64,000 nt of DNA from positions 6,269-70,268 of the IMG/VR virus record IMGVR_UViG_3300009509_000017. One strand, written 5' to 3'. This DNA comes from a virus. Each line of letters opens with the position of its first letter. The stretch's first letter is position 1. This document shows positions 29,929 through 40,976 of the stretch, in pieces. The notes beneath the pieces are model-generated. The model was not told the origin of the DNA. It was given only the letters and a program-made list of their open reading frames with translations, and made no database searches. The translations under genes were made by a program, and so were the position numbers.

Positions 29929-32808
29929 ATGGCTACTACGGCAGACCAAAACGCGAGGACGGCAGCGGCCTGGACCGACTTTGAGCTACGCTTTTTCGTT
30001 GGTGCAGATCGCATGCTTGGAGACGTTAGCCTGACTGCGGGTGGGACCTACGATCCGTCAGCGTCTACTGTCACGACTGCAAAGATAGATGCCTGGGAAT
30101 ACGGCACGATCTACGTGTCTAGCACAAGCGGTTTCACAACAGGCTTTATCGTGGTTCACCCTTACACGAGTAACCAGGCATATGAGGTAATTGCTTATAG
30201 CGGCAAGACGTCCACCACCTTCACTGGGCTGACAAGGTATGAGCCGATTGCAGCAAAGAGGGTGCACTCCAGCGGATCTACAGTGAGTGAGTGGATGGAT
30301 GTCACGGAGTACCTTGTCGATACTATGACGTTGGACATGCACCAAGACGACGAGGTATCCGACTGGAAGGTGCAAATTAAGGGCCACTCTTATAGTTCGA
30401 GCCTGTTCCTGCCAGATAGAGCATTTTTGTGCATGTGGAGGTTCAGGCCAAACTCTGGCAGTATGTCATCATGGACGAACTGGCTGGTTGCCTACATCGG
30501 TTTTCTGCAGGACATCAATGTCGATGGGGACTGGCAAGAGGGCAACATGTGGTCGGCCAGCGTTGTCTCGCTTGGTTACTATGTTGACAGGACCGACATT
30601 GAAAGCGGGATCACGTATGGAAAGATTGATCTTGCAGAGGGTAAGACGGTCGAGGTATCGAGTTACCTAGAGGATGCCTACCAAGAGGCTGACAGTGGGG
30701 AGTTTACTGGAGATCCAGATCTTGACGGACCAATGGCAGTTGACGCCGATCTAAGCACGCTCTGGATAAGCGACGGCGAGCCGTCACCGACTGTAGAGAC
30801 TCCAATCGCCAGTGCCGGTAATATCAATGAGGTCTATCTACGATCTGAGACATTTATGCCGGATGGACTGCAGTGGATCGAGCTATTCTGGAAGTCTGGC
30901 CAGGGGATGGCGCCAGCCGGCTTTGGTGGATGCGCTCTTTGTACCAGCACTACAACTTGGAAGTGGGCAAATTGGGACCCTGATGGAAGGGTGCCGCTAG
31001 ACAACTACCTAGACTTGCCACAAACACCATGCATAGAGATTGGTGACACCTGGTTCGGGATCTTCACTAATGACAAGGCTGCGTTTATGAGCTACTTTCC
31101 GCAGTGTGATGCAGATGTCTATGACTGGAGAGCATTTGAGGTCGGGACATTCACACTAGATCCAACTGGGGATCTGTTAGCCTTGCGTTGGTGGGGAGTC
31201 AACACGTGGGATATCGTGTGGTGGGATGGCGGGCGGGCGAGTTGGGCACTGTACGACTTCACAGGCGGCGGAAGTCATTACTATGCACTGGGTGGGACCA
31301 ATTACTCAGGGTGGACAGGGAGTATGATTACCACCCCTCCGGTCGGACACTCTTTCAGGTCTAACCCGACTGGGAACAAGGGTGGTACTACGGCATTCTA
31401 CAAGCAGAACGAGGATCACCCTACGCCGGGCTACTATATCACTGGAGAGCCAGAGTACATTATCATCGACCTTGGCACACTTGGTATATCTCTTTCTGCG
31501 GCACTTGCTCAGGGATACACAGTAAAGGCAGAGCTTACTGGGACCTTGGGGCTGACTGAGGGTGTGGGCTATGTCTCCATAGACACTGGTGGTACAGCAG
31601 AAGTGGTTAGATATACCACTATCGACAGGATCAACAACGAGATCTTGGGCTTAACCAGGGGCCAGGAAGGGACCAGCGATATCGCACATAGTGCCGGCGC
31701 CCAGGTAGATCAATATGAGGGTGGCGCTGCCACAGACAGGCATCTTATTCAGACGCTGCGGTGGAAACGCAGGCCAGTACTGATTAGTGGTGTGTATGAT
31801 GTCCCCTACCACTTTGATGTCTATAGCACCATCTATGACAGTGGTTTTCCAAAGCCAGACGAGGATGCATGGGACGATGGCCTTGGAAGTGGTGGATGGG
31901 AGGACTACTTTGACCGTCTTGCCTCTGTGCGTTATTACAAGAGCACGTCATGGCAAAAGACGCTCACAACACCACTGCGGGCCAAGAAGGTCATGATCGC
32001 AACAAAAAAGATGCGAGCAGGCGGCAGGGTGAAGTTCAATAGCATAAACATCTTTGGGCCATCGTCCTATGTGTACACTGCAGGTGCAGAGACAGGTTAC
32101 GTTGACACAGGATGGTCTAGTGGCATCATATCGCACTTGCTGCAAACGTGGCTCACAATAGATAAGGCCAACATTGACACGATAGCATACGGCAGGCAGG
32201 TGTACAAGCTGGACGTCACCAGGGACAGGGTGTCTAGGGCGATACGGGACCTATGCGGCTCTGCCGGCACGGTGGTGCGGTACAAGCTGGACAACACCAT
32301 CGATCTGGACTGGAATACATTGCTAGGCATGGGCGGCTGGCCAGAAGTGCATTTCTACTGGACAAGGACAAACGCCAGATCTATAAAGTTTGGGCGCAAA
32401 ACACAAACCAACGTGGCGCAGGTAATTGTCAGGCTAACCAATCCAGAAGAAGAGGAATTTTTCGAGGCTGCCTATCCTGGCACAGCATTCACCATAGGTG
32501 AGATTGTAGAGCATACTGACACACTGCTCGTTGGTGACGGTGACGATGCGGCGACGATAGCCGAGATGATTTTTCACAGCAGGAGACTGGCTGATACCGT
32601 GGATCTTGTTCCGGTAGGCATTGCAGAGTGGATACTGCCCGGGCAGAGACATGTTGTGACCTTTGATGTGGATCTGGATGACACCTATGTCCAATCTGCC
32701 AATGTCGTGGTGATTGGTGTGACTCACAACATCAGGTTTGGTGATGCATACGGAAATGGGAAGCAATGGACGACCGATTTGACTACCAGGAGAGTGGAAT
32801 ATGCCTAG
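29929..32808 (+). CDS. baseplate hub/tail-associated protein
   Basis: 959 aa; F5/8-like segment (AVDADLSTLWIS), GLTRGQEGT...AH motif. Confidence 0.7.
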   Translation: MATTADQNARTAAAWTDFELRFFVGADRMLGDVSLTAGGTYDPSASTVTTAKIDAWEYGTIYVSSTSGFTTGFIVVHPYTSNQAYEVIAYSGKTSTTFTGLTRYEPIAAKRVHSSGSTVSEWMDVTEYLVDTMTLDMHQDDEVSDWKVQIKGHSYSSSLFLPDRAFLCMWRFRPNSGSMSSWTNWLVAYIGFLQDINVDGDWQEGNMWSASVVSLGYYVDRTDIESGITYGKIDLAEGKTVEVSSYLEDAYQEADSGEFTGDPDLDGPMAVDADLSTLWISDGEPSPTVETPIASAGNINEVYLRSETFMPDGLQWIELFWKSGQGMAPAGFGGCALCTSTTTWKWANWDPDGRVPLDNYLDLPQTPCIEIGDTWFGIFTNDKAAFMSYFPQCDADVYDWRAFEVGTFTLDPTGDLLALRWWGVNTWDIVWWDGGRASWALYDFTGGGSHYYALGGTNYSGWTGSMITTPPVGHSFRSNPTGNKGGTTAFYKQNEDHPTPGYYITGEPEYIIIDLGTLGISLSAALAQGYTVKAELTGTLGLTEGVGYVSIDTGGTAEVVRYTTIDRINNEILGLTRGQEGTSDIAHSAGAQVDQYEGGAATDRHLIQTLRWKRRPVLISGVYDVPYHFDVYSTIYDSGFPKPDEDAWDDGLGSGGWEDYFDRLASVRYYKSTSWQKTLTTPLRAKKVMIATKKMRAGGRVKFNSINIFGPSSYVYTAGAETGYVDTGWSSGIISHLLQTWLTIDKANIDTIAYGRQVYKLDVTRDRVSRAIRDLCGSAGTVVRYKLDNTIDLDWNTLLGMGGWPEVHFYWTRTNARSIKFGRKTQTNVAQVIVRLTNPEEEEFFEAAYPGTAFTIGEIVEHTDTLLVGDGDDAATIAEMIFHSRRLADTVDLVPVGIAEWILPGQRHVVTFDVDLDDTYVQSANVVVIGVTHNIRFGDAYGNGKQWTTDLTTRRVEYA

Positions 32809-35800
32809 CAAGAAGCAGTTGGCCGGCGCCATTGTCGCAAAGATGGGTGCCAAGTTCGAGAAAAAGAAGAGGGTATCAAGGGCAATTATCACATCTGTAC
32901 AAACAGACTCTAGTGGCAGGGTCATTGGCGCCATTGGAAATGTGGATGGGCTGGAAGCACAGCGGCTATACGTCGATCACGGCAGTAACCTGATCGTTGG
33001 TGATGTCCTAGAGGTTGTGAACAGGGGAGGCGCTGCTGCGCCGGCCTGGTATTCCCTACGCAGGCTAAACACCACGATCCCTGTCCCCACCCTGCCGTTT
33101 GGAGTTGTTTTACCAACCCCATTGAGCCTGGAACTTGAAGCGGGTGCGCAAGAGCCTGTGCCGGGCAGTGGGTACGTTGGTTACATCAATGCCCAATGGC
33201 GCCGGATCGACGCTGTCTATGGAACAGTGAGCTATCAGATTGAATGTCGGCGTGATGGTGTAGATGAGGACCCACGCATCATTACTATTCCTGGGACAGG
33301 TGGCCTATCCACACTGCCGGTTATCTTGAACATCAGTGCGACCACTGTGCCATACGGTGCGCAGGTTGCCGATTACTCATTCACAGACCATGGCATCATC
33401 AAGATCCACAAAGAGTGGATCTATTACGGCAATATGACCAGGACAGGGGGATGCGACTTTGTCTATCCATACACGCTGGCCACTGGAGCGTTCTACCTCT
33501 TGGACTATGTCGAGGACGATTTTACCGACACTGACACCACCGACATTGTAGATCACACACCTGGCTACGACAGATATGCTGGTGGGTGGTACGCAATTCC
33601 TACATACGCAACAAATTGGGCGATATCCAGCAACCAACTTGTTGCCTCTCCTGGCGGCTCATGGCCTTATGCTGCGGCATTGATCCAGGCGAACAATGAC
33701 GATTGGACAAACTGCCGCATCAGCGCCAGGTGGAAATGGCCCACCACATCGGGGCACTACTTTGGCTACATCATAGACTATGTCAGTTCCTCAGACCTGA
33801 CTTATGTGGTAGTCTACCAGGCAGCGCCGACGATTCAATATCTTATGATATACGAGACAGCGAAACTGATCTGGTCACAGCAACTTCCGCCAGGGCTATT
33901 TGTGTCCAACAACTGGTACAAGATTGAGGTCATGGCACTGGACAAGGACGTGCAGGTGCGATTCTACAATGACCAGGGAGACTCTATATACCTCATGCAG
34001 CTTGCCGGTGTGTTGTCCACCAGTATGGCGTCTGAGGTATACGGCATCTACTCCACTAAGGCCATCACAATAGACACCTTCCGCCTGGACGATGCCAGGT
34101 TCAAGGATCTTGGGGCGGGCGACGAGTGGATCAACTTTGCCTATTGTGTGTCTGGACAGGGTATCCGCACTGTTACAGACGATGGCTACAATCCGACACT
34201 GCATCGCTACGAGTTCCAGCTAGATCTAGATCCGAACTACAGTGGGGGATCGCTACAGCCGACATTCTACAACTGTGTCAGGGGATATGCAGACACGGAT
34301 GCCGGTGCCCATGCAGAGGGAGCGGGCATATACGGCATCACTATTGGCAGGACCATAGGGAACCTTGAGCCAGACGTGGATTACAGTGTCAGGGTTCGGG
34401 CCTACAAGACGGAGGAAGTCATGTCACCGTGGACAGACTGGCACACTGTAAAGACCGATCCGGACCCAGGAGAACCGACTGCGCCAACATCGTTCGACGC
34501 TATCCCCACGACTGGTGGTGTGAATTTTATATGGACTCCGGCATCTGATCCTGATGTTATCGGGTTCACCATATACATGGCGACAGATGAGGACGGCACA
34601 GGTGCGACCATTCTCTGTAATGTGCCTACCCCGCTGGATGGCTTTTTCTACCCGATGGAGTTTGGGACAGAGGGGTATTTCAACATCAAGTCATATAACG
34701 CCTTTGGCGATCTAAGTTCCTACACCCTGGCAACAGGGTATTGGGTGTGGGGGATGGCGGGCACCCATGGTGCAGGGCAGGTCCTCACTAATGCAGATTG
34801 GGAAGTGGGAGACACCAGCACCGATACAATTCAGGATTGGGACTATTCAGAGACAGTGTTTAACCCAAGTTACCCGGCAACCATGGACTATAAAGCCACT
34901 GGCGGCTGGCTCAATAGTAAGTGTATCGAGTTTGAGGACATAGACACGTTGTACAACGGGCTGGTACAAGCACAATGGCCAGACCCGATCACTGTGATCA
35001 AGGTGCCAAGTATACCCGGCGCTACCTACTGTCTATCTGTATACGTGTATTCATCAGGTGGCACAACGTATTTGGATGGACTGGTTAAGGGGATCTTGGG
35101 GTCCCATGACGGATCATCGAACACCAATTTCCCCGCATATTCATCAGTGGCACCGAAAACTGGTCATGTCTCCCTTGGCAACAACTGGTACAGGAAATGG
35201 TGGTTGTGGCCAAGGGATACTACATACCCCTATCTTGCCTGTAGGTTCAACGTGCACGAAATCGGAGTTTTCATTGCCGGCACATTCAGGCTAGACAGGC
35301 CAATGCTAGAGGTCGGTACAGCCATGACTGAATGGGAACTGTACCAGATGGTGGCGGGCACAGATCCAGGCTTGCGGCTCGACACGACCGCAATCATTGG
35401 CGACAACTTCACACTGGACAATGAGGGATCGGTTGCAAGCGATCTATTGCCGGACGCAGACGATACAAGGGACCAGGGCAGCCCGACTAAGCAATGGAAG
35501 GACGTGTACATATCTGGCAGGGTCCAGGGACTCTACATGGCGTACCAGCACGTCATCGGCGCATTTCTTTCTATCCCCCTTGGGCTGCGTGCATTTTACC
35601 CGATGGGTCCCTTTGCCCGAGATCTTAGTGGCTATGGCAATGAAATGACCTATGTCGGCGGGGATTGGAGGTATGCGTCTGGTTGCGCAGTACCACATTA
35701 TCGCTGCAACGGCACCAGCGGTCAATATCTGTATTGCGCAACCACGATGGCCCATGAGATAACGGGCACCGAGAATCCGGTGGTATCCTACAATCGGGGA

Positions 35801-36262
35801 ATGACAATCGGGGGCTGGTATAAGCCCGAGCGCATCACAAACGCGGAAGCCCTATTCAACAAGTGGGGCGCCAGCGGTAACTACTCCTATTCTTTATCGA
35901 CACAGGGTGCCACTGCCGGCGATCCGATAGCATTCACGATTAGCAATACCGGGACCGCATTTGACACTGTCTACAGCACGTCTGGATTTAGTGCTAATAC
36001 GTGGTATTGGATGGTAGGACGGTACGCACCAGGGGATACAGATGAGGAACTGGCTGTCATGATAGACGACGAGATCACAAAGGATTCGTGCAGCTACACC
36101 TCCATCTATAATAGCACGGCCAGCCTGAACATAGGGGCAAGTGTGAGTGGTAGTAATCCGTTTCTAGGCGGCATAGCCTTGCAATTTCTCTGTGCATCTG
36201 CGCTGGATGACAATGTGTTGGGGCTACTGTATGATATTTCAAAGGACCTGTTCAACATTTGA
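32801..36262 (+). CDS. receptor-binding/tail fibre protein with FN3 and LamG-like domains
   Basis: NLEPDVDYSVRVRA (FN3); MTIGGWYKP...LNIGA (LamG). Confidence 0.75.
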   Translation: MPSKKQLAGAIVAKMGAKFEKKKRVSRAIITSVQTDSSGRVIGAIGNVDGLEAQRLYVDHGSNLIVGDVLEVVNRGGAAAPAWYSLRRLNTTIPVPTLPFGVVLPTPLSLELEAGAQEPVPGSGYVGYINAQWRRIDAVYGTVSYQIECRRDGVDEDPRIITIPGTGGLSTLPVILNISATTVPYGAQVADYSFTDHGIIKIHKEWIYYGNMTRTGGCDFVYPYTLATGAFYLLDYVEDDFTDTDTTDIVDHTPGYDRYAGGWYAIPTYATNWAISSNQLVASPGGSWPYAAALIQANNDDWTNCRISARWKWPTTSGHYFGYIIDYVSSSDLTYVVVYQAAPTIQYLMIYETAKLIWSQQLPPGLFVSNNWYKIEVMALDKDVQVRFYNDQGDSIYLMQLAGVLSTSMASEVYGIYSTKAITIDTFRLDDARFKDLGAGDEWINFAYCVSGQGIRTVTDDGYNPTLHRYEFQLDLDPNYSGGSLQPTFYNCVRGYADTDAGAHAEGAGIYGITIGRTIGNLEPDVDYSVRVRAYKTEEVMSPWTDWHTVKTDPDPGEPTAPTSFDAIPTTGGVNFIWTPASDPDVIGFTIYMATDEDGTGATILCNVPTPLDGFFYPMEFGTEGYFNIKSYNAFGDLSSYTLATGYWVWGMAGTHGAGQVLTNADWEVGDTSTDTIQDWDYSETVFNPSYPATMDYKATGGWLNSKCIEFEDIDTLYNGLVQAQWPDPITVIKVPSIPGATYCLSVYVYSSGGTTYLDGLVKGILGSHDGSSNTNFPAYSSVAPKTGHVSLGNNWYRKWWLWPRDTTYPYLACRFNVHEIGVFIAGTFRLDRPMLEVGTAMTEWELYQMVAGTDPGLRLDTTAIIGDNFTLDNEGSVASDLLPDADDTRDQGSPTKQWKDVYISGRVQGLYMAYQHVIGAFLSIPLGLRAFYPMGPFARDLSGYGNEMTYVGGDWRYASGCAVPHYRCNGTSGQYLYCATTMAHEITGTENPVVSYNRGMTIGGWYKPERITNAEALFNKWGASGNYSYSLSTQGATAGDPIAFTISNTGTAFDTVYSTSGFSANTWYWMVGRYAPGDTDEELAVMIDDEITKDSCSYTSIYNSTASLNIGASVSGSNPFLGGIALQFLCASALDDNVLGLLYDISKDLFNI

Positions 36263-36288
36263 CAGATCCAGGGTGTCTGGTGTATACT
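36259..36288 (+). promoter_or_regulatory. promoter of the lysis cassette
   Basis: TTGACA-N18-TATACT. Confidence 0.6.
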
Positions 36289-36404
36289 TAGTTTGCCAAC
36301 CGTTGGTCTGGCCGGACGAGCGCCGATCTGGTGTCTCAAGGACGTGCCGGCTACACAGTTTGTCATGATGGGCTGTACCGTTCAAAACTGATGGAGGGGA
36401 GACC

Positions 36405-38561
36405 ATGAGATATCCACTGCCGATATCGTGGCACGTGCAGGACTGGACTGATTCGAGGGTGGCGACCTATGTACAGAGGGTCCTGCCAGAGTTCGAGAGG
36501 GTTGGCTTTCCGTTTTGGATCAAAGGTGTAGATCCCCCTGAGCAAAAGCCCATTTGGGTAACCGAACACGTCAACGTGCTTGGGCGCATGTATGAGGATG
36601 GCGTATACGGTGGGAACGGCAGCCATCTGGAAGACATGGCCGCTGGAGAAGACGGTGCCGAGAATTTCTTTGCCTTGCACTGGCCACACTGGAAAAAGAG
36701 ACCATGGGTGCGCTGTTGGGGAATAGGAAACGAGCCTCATCCACCTGGTGATAGAGACTTTCTACGTGCACTCAACAGGTTTATGGTGCGCCTGGCCGAT
36801 CTTATGCACGCAGCCGGACTGTTGTGTGCCGGCCCGAACCTTTCTGTTGGCTGGCCGGACATCGGTGATGCACGACTACTGGGCGAGGGCATTTGTGCCA
36901 TGGACTACCTGTGCCTGAATGAGTACAGTGCGCCGGCAATGTGGACTACATCGCCATGGCACGTGGGCAGGTGGGAATTAACCATCAACGAGTTGATCGC
37001 TGCGGGCTACACAAACTTTGGTCCGGTGCTCATAGGGGAGACAGGGATCGATGGGAACGTGGCGCCTGTGTACAGGCCAAAGACAGGGTGGAGAACCTGG
37101 GCGGCCAGTGAAGAGGAATATGTGCAGCAGTTGGTCTGGCAGGCCAAGAACCACCTAGATCACCTTGGTAGAGTAGAGAGCGCTTTCATTTTCACTGTTG
37201 CGCCACAGGGGTGGGGATGGGATAACTTTCTGCCAACCACAAAACTTTTCGACCTGCTGGCCGACGCTGTTGTGGCCGGCTATGAGGTAGAGGATGTGCC
37301 AGTTGTACCACCTGCGCCAGCATTCGATATCATAAACGTGGCTGCAGAGCTACCGACGCACAGCACAAAGACCTACCGGGGACGAGCTATTACGGACATT
37401 GACAGGATCGTCATTCACCATTCAGGTTACAGTTACCCTCCGGACGCCAGTTACAAGCAGGTAAGAAGCCACCTGGACGTCATCGCCAGATACCACATCA
37501 ACAAGAAAGATTGGCCTGGTATAGCCTACCACTTTGTAGTGGATGGTGTGGGGCGTATATGGCAGACCAACAGCTTGGGAACCACGAGCTTTCACGCCGG
37601 AGTGGTGAACAAGCGATCTGTTGGGATCTGCATGTTGGGCGCCTTTCACCTGGACACCGTGCCAACGGACGCACAGTTGCGTGCCGTAAATTGCCTGTGC
37701 CAGTGGATTGGCCTAAAGGTAGGCAATGACGCCATAACGATCATCCCACACAAAGAGGTATCGTCTACTGCCTGCCCGGGAAAGTGGAACCGTTGGAAGG
37801 ACAAGATCGTAACCGAGGCCACAGGTTGTTTTGAAAACAAGGAGGATGGTGTGGAAGAGATCAGGATCGTAGATCAACTGGGAAACACGCTGGACATGAC
37901 TTTTGAGGATGTTCAGAAGGGGTGGGGACTGGACATTGTGCGTGCAAACCCACCTGTGGGCGCCACGGTGTGGAGGATTCGTACCCTGATATGGGACAAG
38001 TCCCCCAACACTGACTTTAGGATGTACTGCATGGACGAGAATGGCGATCCGTTGCCTGGCATAGTGCCATTGCTTGGCATCAGCCGGGGACCGTGGTCGC
38101 TTGACCTGGCGTCAGAAGGGGCACCAAGGTTCTCAGAGGGAAACTGGGGGCAGCCCATAGATCCAGGGACTGGGCAGCCATACCCTAATGTCGTTCTGTA
38201 TCACAAGGACGACAACGCCAAGAACATGACTAACTCAGCGGGTTACGTGTCGCACTCGCTAGGCGCCGGCTCGAACTGTGTGCCGCCGAACCCTGTGTAC
38301 CAGTACTCCTGGGTGATGCCTGGTGACAACCGAGACTATAGCGACTGGATACGTGGTGTCGGCGGGATGTGGGCGGATCACAACGGTGAGCACCAGATGT
38401 GGTGGGTGGGCTACACCAGGGAGACAGCAAAAGAGAACGGTGGCGGCGGACAACCTGGCAGTGGGAACTATCGTGTGGAAGTGCCAGAGTTCGAGATCAC
38501 GATCCCGGTCGTCATCAGCATCCCATCCATGATCATCAACGTGCAATCTGTAGAGGAATAG
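36405..38561 (+). CDS. modular endolysin: glycoside-hydrolase-like domain plus Amidase_2
   Basis: GNEP and IGETG (GH-A-like glutamates); IVIHHS, IAYHFVV, TACPG (amidase_2). Confidence 0.85.
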   Translation: MRYPLPISWHVQDWTDSRVATYVQRVLPEFERVGFPFWIKGVDPPEQKPIWVTEHVNVLGRMYEDGVYGGNGSHLEDMAAGEDGAENFFALHWPHWKKRPWVRCWGIGNEPHPPGDRDFLRALNRFMVRLADLMHAAGLLCAGPNLSVGWPDIGDARLLGEGICAMDYLCLNEYSAPAMWTTSPWHVGRWELTINELIAAGYTNFGPVLIGETGIDGNVAPVYRPKTGWRTWAASEEEYVQQLVWQAKNHLDHLGRVESAFIFTVAPQGWGWDNFLPTTKLFDLLADAVVAGYEVEDVPVVPPAPAFDIINVAAELPTHSTKTYRGRAITDIDRIVIHHSGYSYPPDASYKQVRSHLDVIARYHINKKDWPGIAYHFVVDGVGRIWQTNSLGTTSFHAGVVNKRSVGICMLGAFHLDTVPTDAQLRAVNCLCQWIGLKVGNDAITIIPHKEVSSTACPGKWNRWKDKIVTEATGCFENKEDGVEEIRIVDQLGNTLDMTFEDVQKGWGLDIVRANPPVGATVWRIRTLIWDKSPNTDFRMYCMDENGDPLPGIVPLLGISRGPWSLDLASEGAPRFSEGNWGQPIDPGTGQPYPNVVLYHKDDNAKNMTNSAGYVSHSLGAGSNCVPPNPVYQYSWVMPGDNRDYSDWIRGVGGMWADHNGEHQMWWVGYTRETAKENGGGGQPGSGNYRVEVPEFEITIPVVISIPSMIINVQSVEE

Positions 38562-38608
38562 GGACAACACCGGCCAGGCCGGTAAATACAATAAAGGAGG
38601 ATGTCCCG

Positions 38609-39010
38609 ATGAAAAGCATCTATGCACTGAGGATTGTAGCACTCGCTTTGCTTCTCTGCCTGGGGGTGGTCACCGTTGCCCATGCCCAGGTGGAAGAAGA
38701 ACTGCCCGGCAGCCTCAACGATCTGAGATTGCCTGCTGGCCTGGGTGTTGTGGTCGTGACGGCTGTCGGGCTACTAAAGCGAGCAGGCAAGGTTGGGGAG
38801 TGGATTAACTCGAACTCGCTGCATGGCTTTGCCGTAAGTCTCGCTGTGGCCGGCATTGTCCTGGCTGGAATACACCTGATCGAGTACTTTGATCTGTATG
38901 AGCTAGCACAGGGCTTTTGGGCCAACTTTGTGATTGCATGGTCTGTTGCGCAGGCGCTGTACAACACCCAAAAGGTCGGCACCAAAGGCATCAGGCAAGC
39001 GCTGGCCTAA
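38609..39010 (+). CDS. holin (putative)
   Basis: AAGGAGG SD; several TM segments, basic C-terminus, adjacent to the endolysin. Confidence 0.65.
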   Translation: MKSIYALRIVALALLLCLGVVTVAHAQVEEELPGSLNDLRLPAGLGVVVVTAVGLLKRAGKVGEWINSNSLHGFAVSLAVAGIVLAGIHLIEYFDLYELAQGFWANFVIAWSVAQALYNTQKVGTKGIRQALA

Positions 39011-39012
39011 CC

Positions 39013-39396
39013 ATGCTGTCATGGCCGCTGCATGACTCGCACCGCACTGTTACGTGCGACTATCAATGCCATTTGCACAGAAAGTCTAAGGCGCCTGGGC
39101 TGGATATTGTAGCACCGGAGTTCAGCCTGGTACTGGCTGCGGCGGATGGCAAGGTTCTGCGTAGCAGGACAACAGGGCGTGCGGGACGCAGCCTTTGGGT
39201 CGATCATGGCCAGGGCACTAAGGGATTTTACAGTCACCTATCGGTGGTCCTGGCCTTGGAAGGTGAGTGGGTGAAACGTGGGCAGGTGATCGGCCTGGTT
39301 GGCACTACAGGCGAACACACAAGTGAACCACACTTGCACTTCGGCCTAAAGTTCATGGGGGGATGGATAGATCCAGCGAGATTGGTGGCCGAATAG
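39013..39396 (+). CDS. M23 family peptidase
   Basis: GLDI, AAADG, YSHLS, PHLHF, IDP motifs. Confidence 0.9.
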   Translation: MLSWPLHDSHRTVTCDYQCHLHRKSKAPGLDIVAPEFSLVLAAADGKVLRSRTTGRAGRSLWVDHGQGTKGFYSHLSVVLALEGEWVKRGQVIGLVGTTGEHTSEPHLHFGLKFMGGWIDPARLVAE

Positions 39397-39407
39397 GCCG
39401 GGAGAAA

Positions 39408-39446
39408 CAGGAAAAAGGGGACAGGCAGCGTTGCCTGTCCCCTTTT
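39408..39446. terminator. bidirectional intrinsic terminator
   Basis: AAAAAGGGGACAGGCA-gcgt-TGCCTGTCCCCTTTT between convergent arms; - strand tail TTTTTCCT. Confidence 0.9.
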
Positions 39447-39465
39447 GGTTTCCTGTCGCCTAGAC

Positions 39466-39654
39466 CTATCCCCGGCGAACCCTGGAGAACGACACAATCA
39501 GTGATGTGGCCGCCAGGGCACCAGCCAGGCCGCCTAGCACAGCGCCAAGGCCAGCGGCACAGAGCGTGTCGCCATCCCCTACCAGCACACTGATCAGCGC
39601 TATCAGCAAGGCCAGCATGGACAGTAGCAAGGCCACTCTATTCCTCTTTCGCAT
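39466..39654 (-). CDS. small membrane protein
   Basis: Two TM segments. Confidence 0.55.
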   Translation of the reverse strand: MRKRNRVALLLSMLALLIALISVLVGDGDTLCAAGLGAVLGGLAGALAATSLIVSFSRVRRG

Positions 39655-39871
39655 TCTCTCCCCCTTTCTGGTCTTTTAGATCAACCTTGCCGGCAGCGAT
39701 CAACAGTTTGTAGGCTGTGTCTATCATGCGACCACGATCCGTCAACCCGGTGCCGTCATACAGGTCGTCTGGTACCTCTGGCATATCTATGGCAGGTATG
39801 TCGTTCTGCTCACAGATCAGGCGCATGATGACAGCCACGTGTGCTTTCCATTTCTCTCGCATGCTAGCCAT
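39638..39871 (-). CDS. hypothetical protein
   Basis: Coupled ORF. Confidence 0.55.
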   Translation of the reverse strand: MASMREKWKAHVAVIMRLICEQNDIPAIDMPEVPDDLYDGTGLTDRGRMIDTAYKLLIAAGKVDLKDQKGGENAKEE

Positions 39872-40202
39872 CAGTGTCCACCTTTCTGCCTGCCGTGTAC
39901 ACAGGGTTCATTTCCCCACGGACTAAGAACGTCTCTTCTTCCATCGTCGTAGGATTGCGCACGGTGACCTGTACCACTTCTCCGCCGATGCAGGTGTAGT
40001 CACCCTGGCTGTCCCACCATTCAGCGAACTTTTCTGCTGCCGTCCGTGCAGAGGACGCATAGACCGTATGACCATCCTCTGGACAGTCATCATCGTGCTC
40101 GCCGGAGAACCAGCAGAGCCAGGATGGTGGGCAGGTATGCCGTTTCCATGAAAAGATAGGCTCGCCGCAGGTCTTGCACCACCAGTTGTCTCTATCAGCC
40201 AT
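39864..40202 (-). CDS. hypothetical protein
   Basis: Start MADRDNWWCKTC overlaps the methylase stop. Confidence 0.6.
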   Translation of the reverse strand: MADRDNWWCKTCGEPIFSWKRHTCPPSWLCWFSGEHDDDCPEDGHTVYASSARTAAEKFAEWWDSQGDYTCIGGEVVQVTVRNPTTMEEETFLVRGEMNPVYTAGRKVDTDG

Positions 40203-40917
40203 TGTGCACCACCCATCCCCTTGGCTGCACCAGGACGCCAAGGCTGTACAGTGAGGTTGCCGGCAGCATCTGTACCCGGTGTTGCTCGAACCCCCACCCC
40301 ACGACCATACTACCCATTGCCGGAGAGTTACCTGATTTCTTGTGCCAGCTAGACAGGTTGGCCTTTGCGCACGGATCACACACAGGCAGCGTGCCCTTAC
40401 CCCACAGGTTGTGCGCATCTGCAAACCCCGGGTGTGCACCATCAAGGCTGGCGATCATGTCCAGACTTGGCCTGCGCCTTTTGGCCGTCGATGTGCCGCA
40501 GTGGGTGCATGGCAGCAGGAACTTGATCCTGCCCTTGAGGAACAGGACCCAGTCAGCCACGGCTACATCGTCGTGGAACCAGCCAGCATCTGTGCGTGAC
40601 CCGAGCAGAGCTACGGTAGCCACACCCTTGTGCGCCTGCTCGACAGCCTGGGCAGTCCAGAGCGGCACAGCGCTGCCGTACTCAGGGTTCATCCAGGCAT
40701 GTCTCATGACCGTATCGGCGGCAAAGCGTGTGGCCCAGTCTGTGGCCAGACCGTCTTCCTCTTTGGTGATAAAGTTGGCTGGCACCTTGGTGTTGTGCTC
40801 ACTGGCGCAGACGTCCAGGCCGAACTGAAAGACCCGATCCAGCGCATCAAACAGCGGCTGTGGCGTCTCGTAGTCTGCCCGGGTGGAACTCCAGAACCCA
40901 CGGTTTACTCTTGCCAT
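40195..40917 (-). CDS. dam: phage Dam-family DNA N6-adenine methyltransferase
   Basis: ETPQPLF, LDVCAS, WMNPEY, RTDAGWF, GRIKF motifs; carries a CTHC...CDPC insertion. Confidence 0.85.
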   Translation of the reverse strand: MARVNRGFWSSTRADYETPQPLFDALDRVFQFGLDVCASEHNTKVPANFITKEEDGLATDWATRFAADTVMRHAWMNPEYGSAVPLWTAQAVEQAHKGVATVALLGSRTDAGWFHDDVAVADWVLFLKGRIKFLLPCTHCGTSTAKRRRPSLDMIASLDGAHPGFADAHNLWGKGTLPVCDPCAKANLSSWHKKSGNSPAMGSMVVGWGFEQHRVQMLPATSLYSLGVLVQPRGWVVHNG

Positions 40918-40945
40918 AGTACATTCCCCTTTCTGTAGTAAGTGT

Positions 40946-40973
40946 AAAGGAATAAGGCGGCCAGGCCGCCTTA
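40946..40973 (-). terminator. hairpin + TTCCT element after the recombinase
   Basis: TAAGGCGGCC-T-GGCCGCCTTA followed by TTCCTT. Confidence 0.6.
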
Positions 40974-40976
40974 CCC

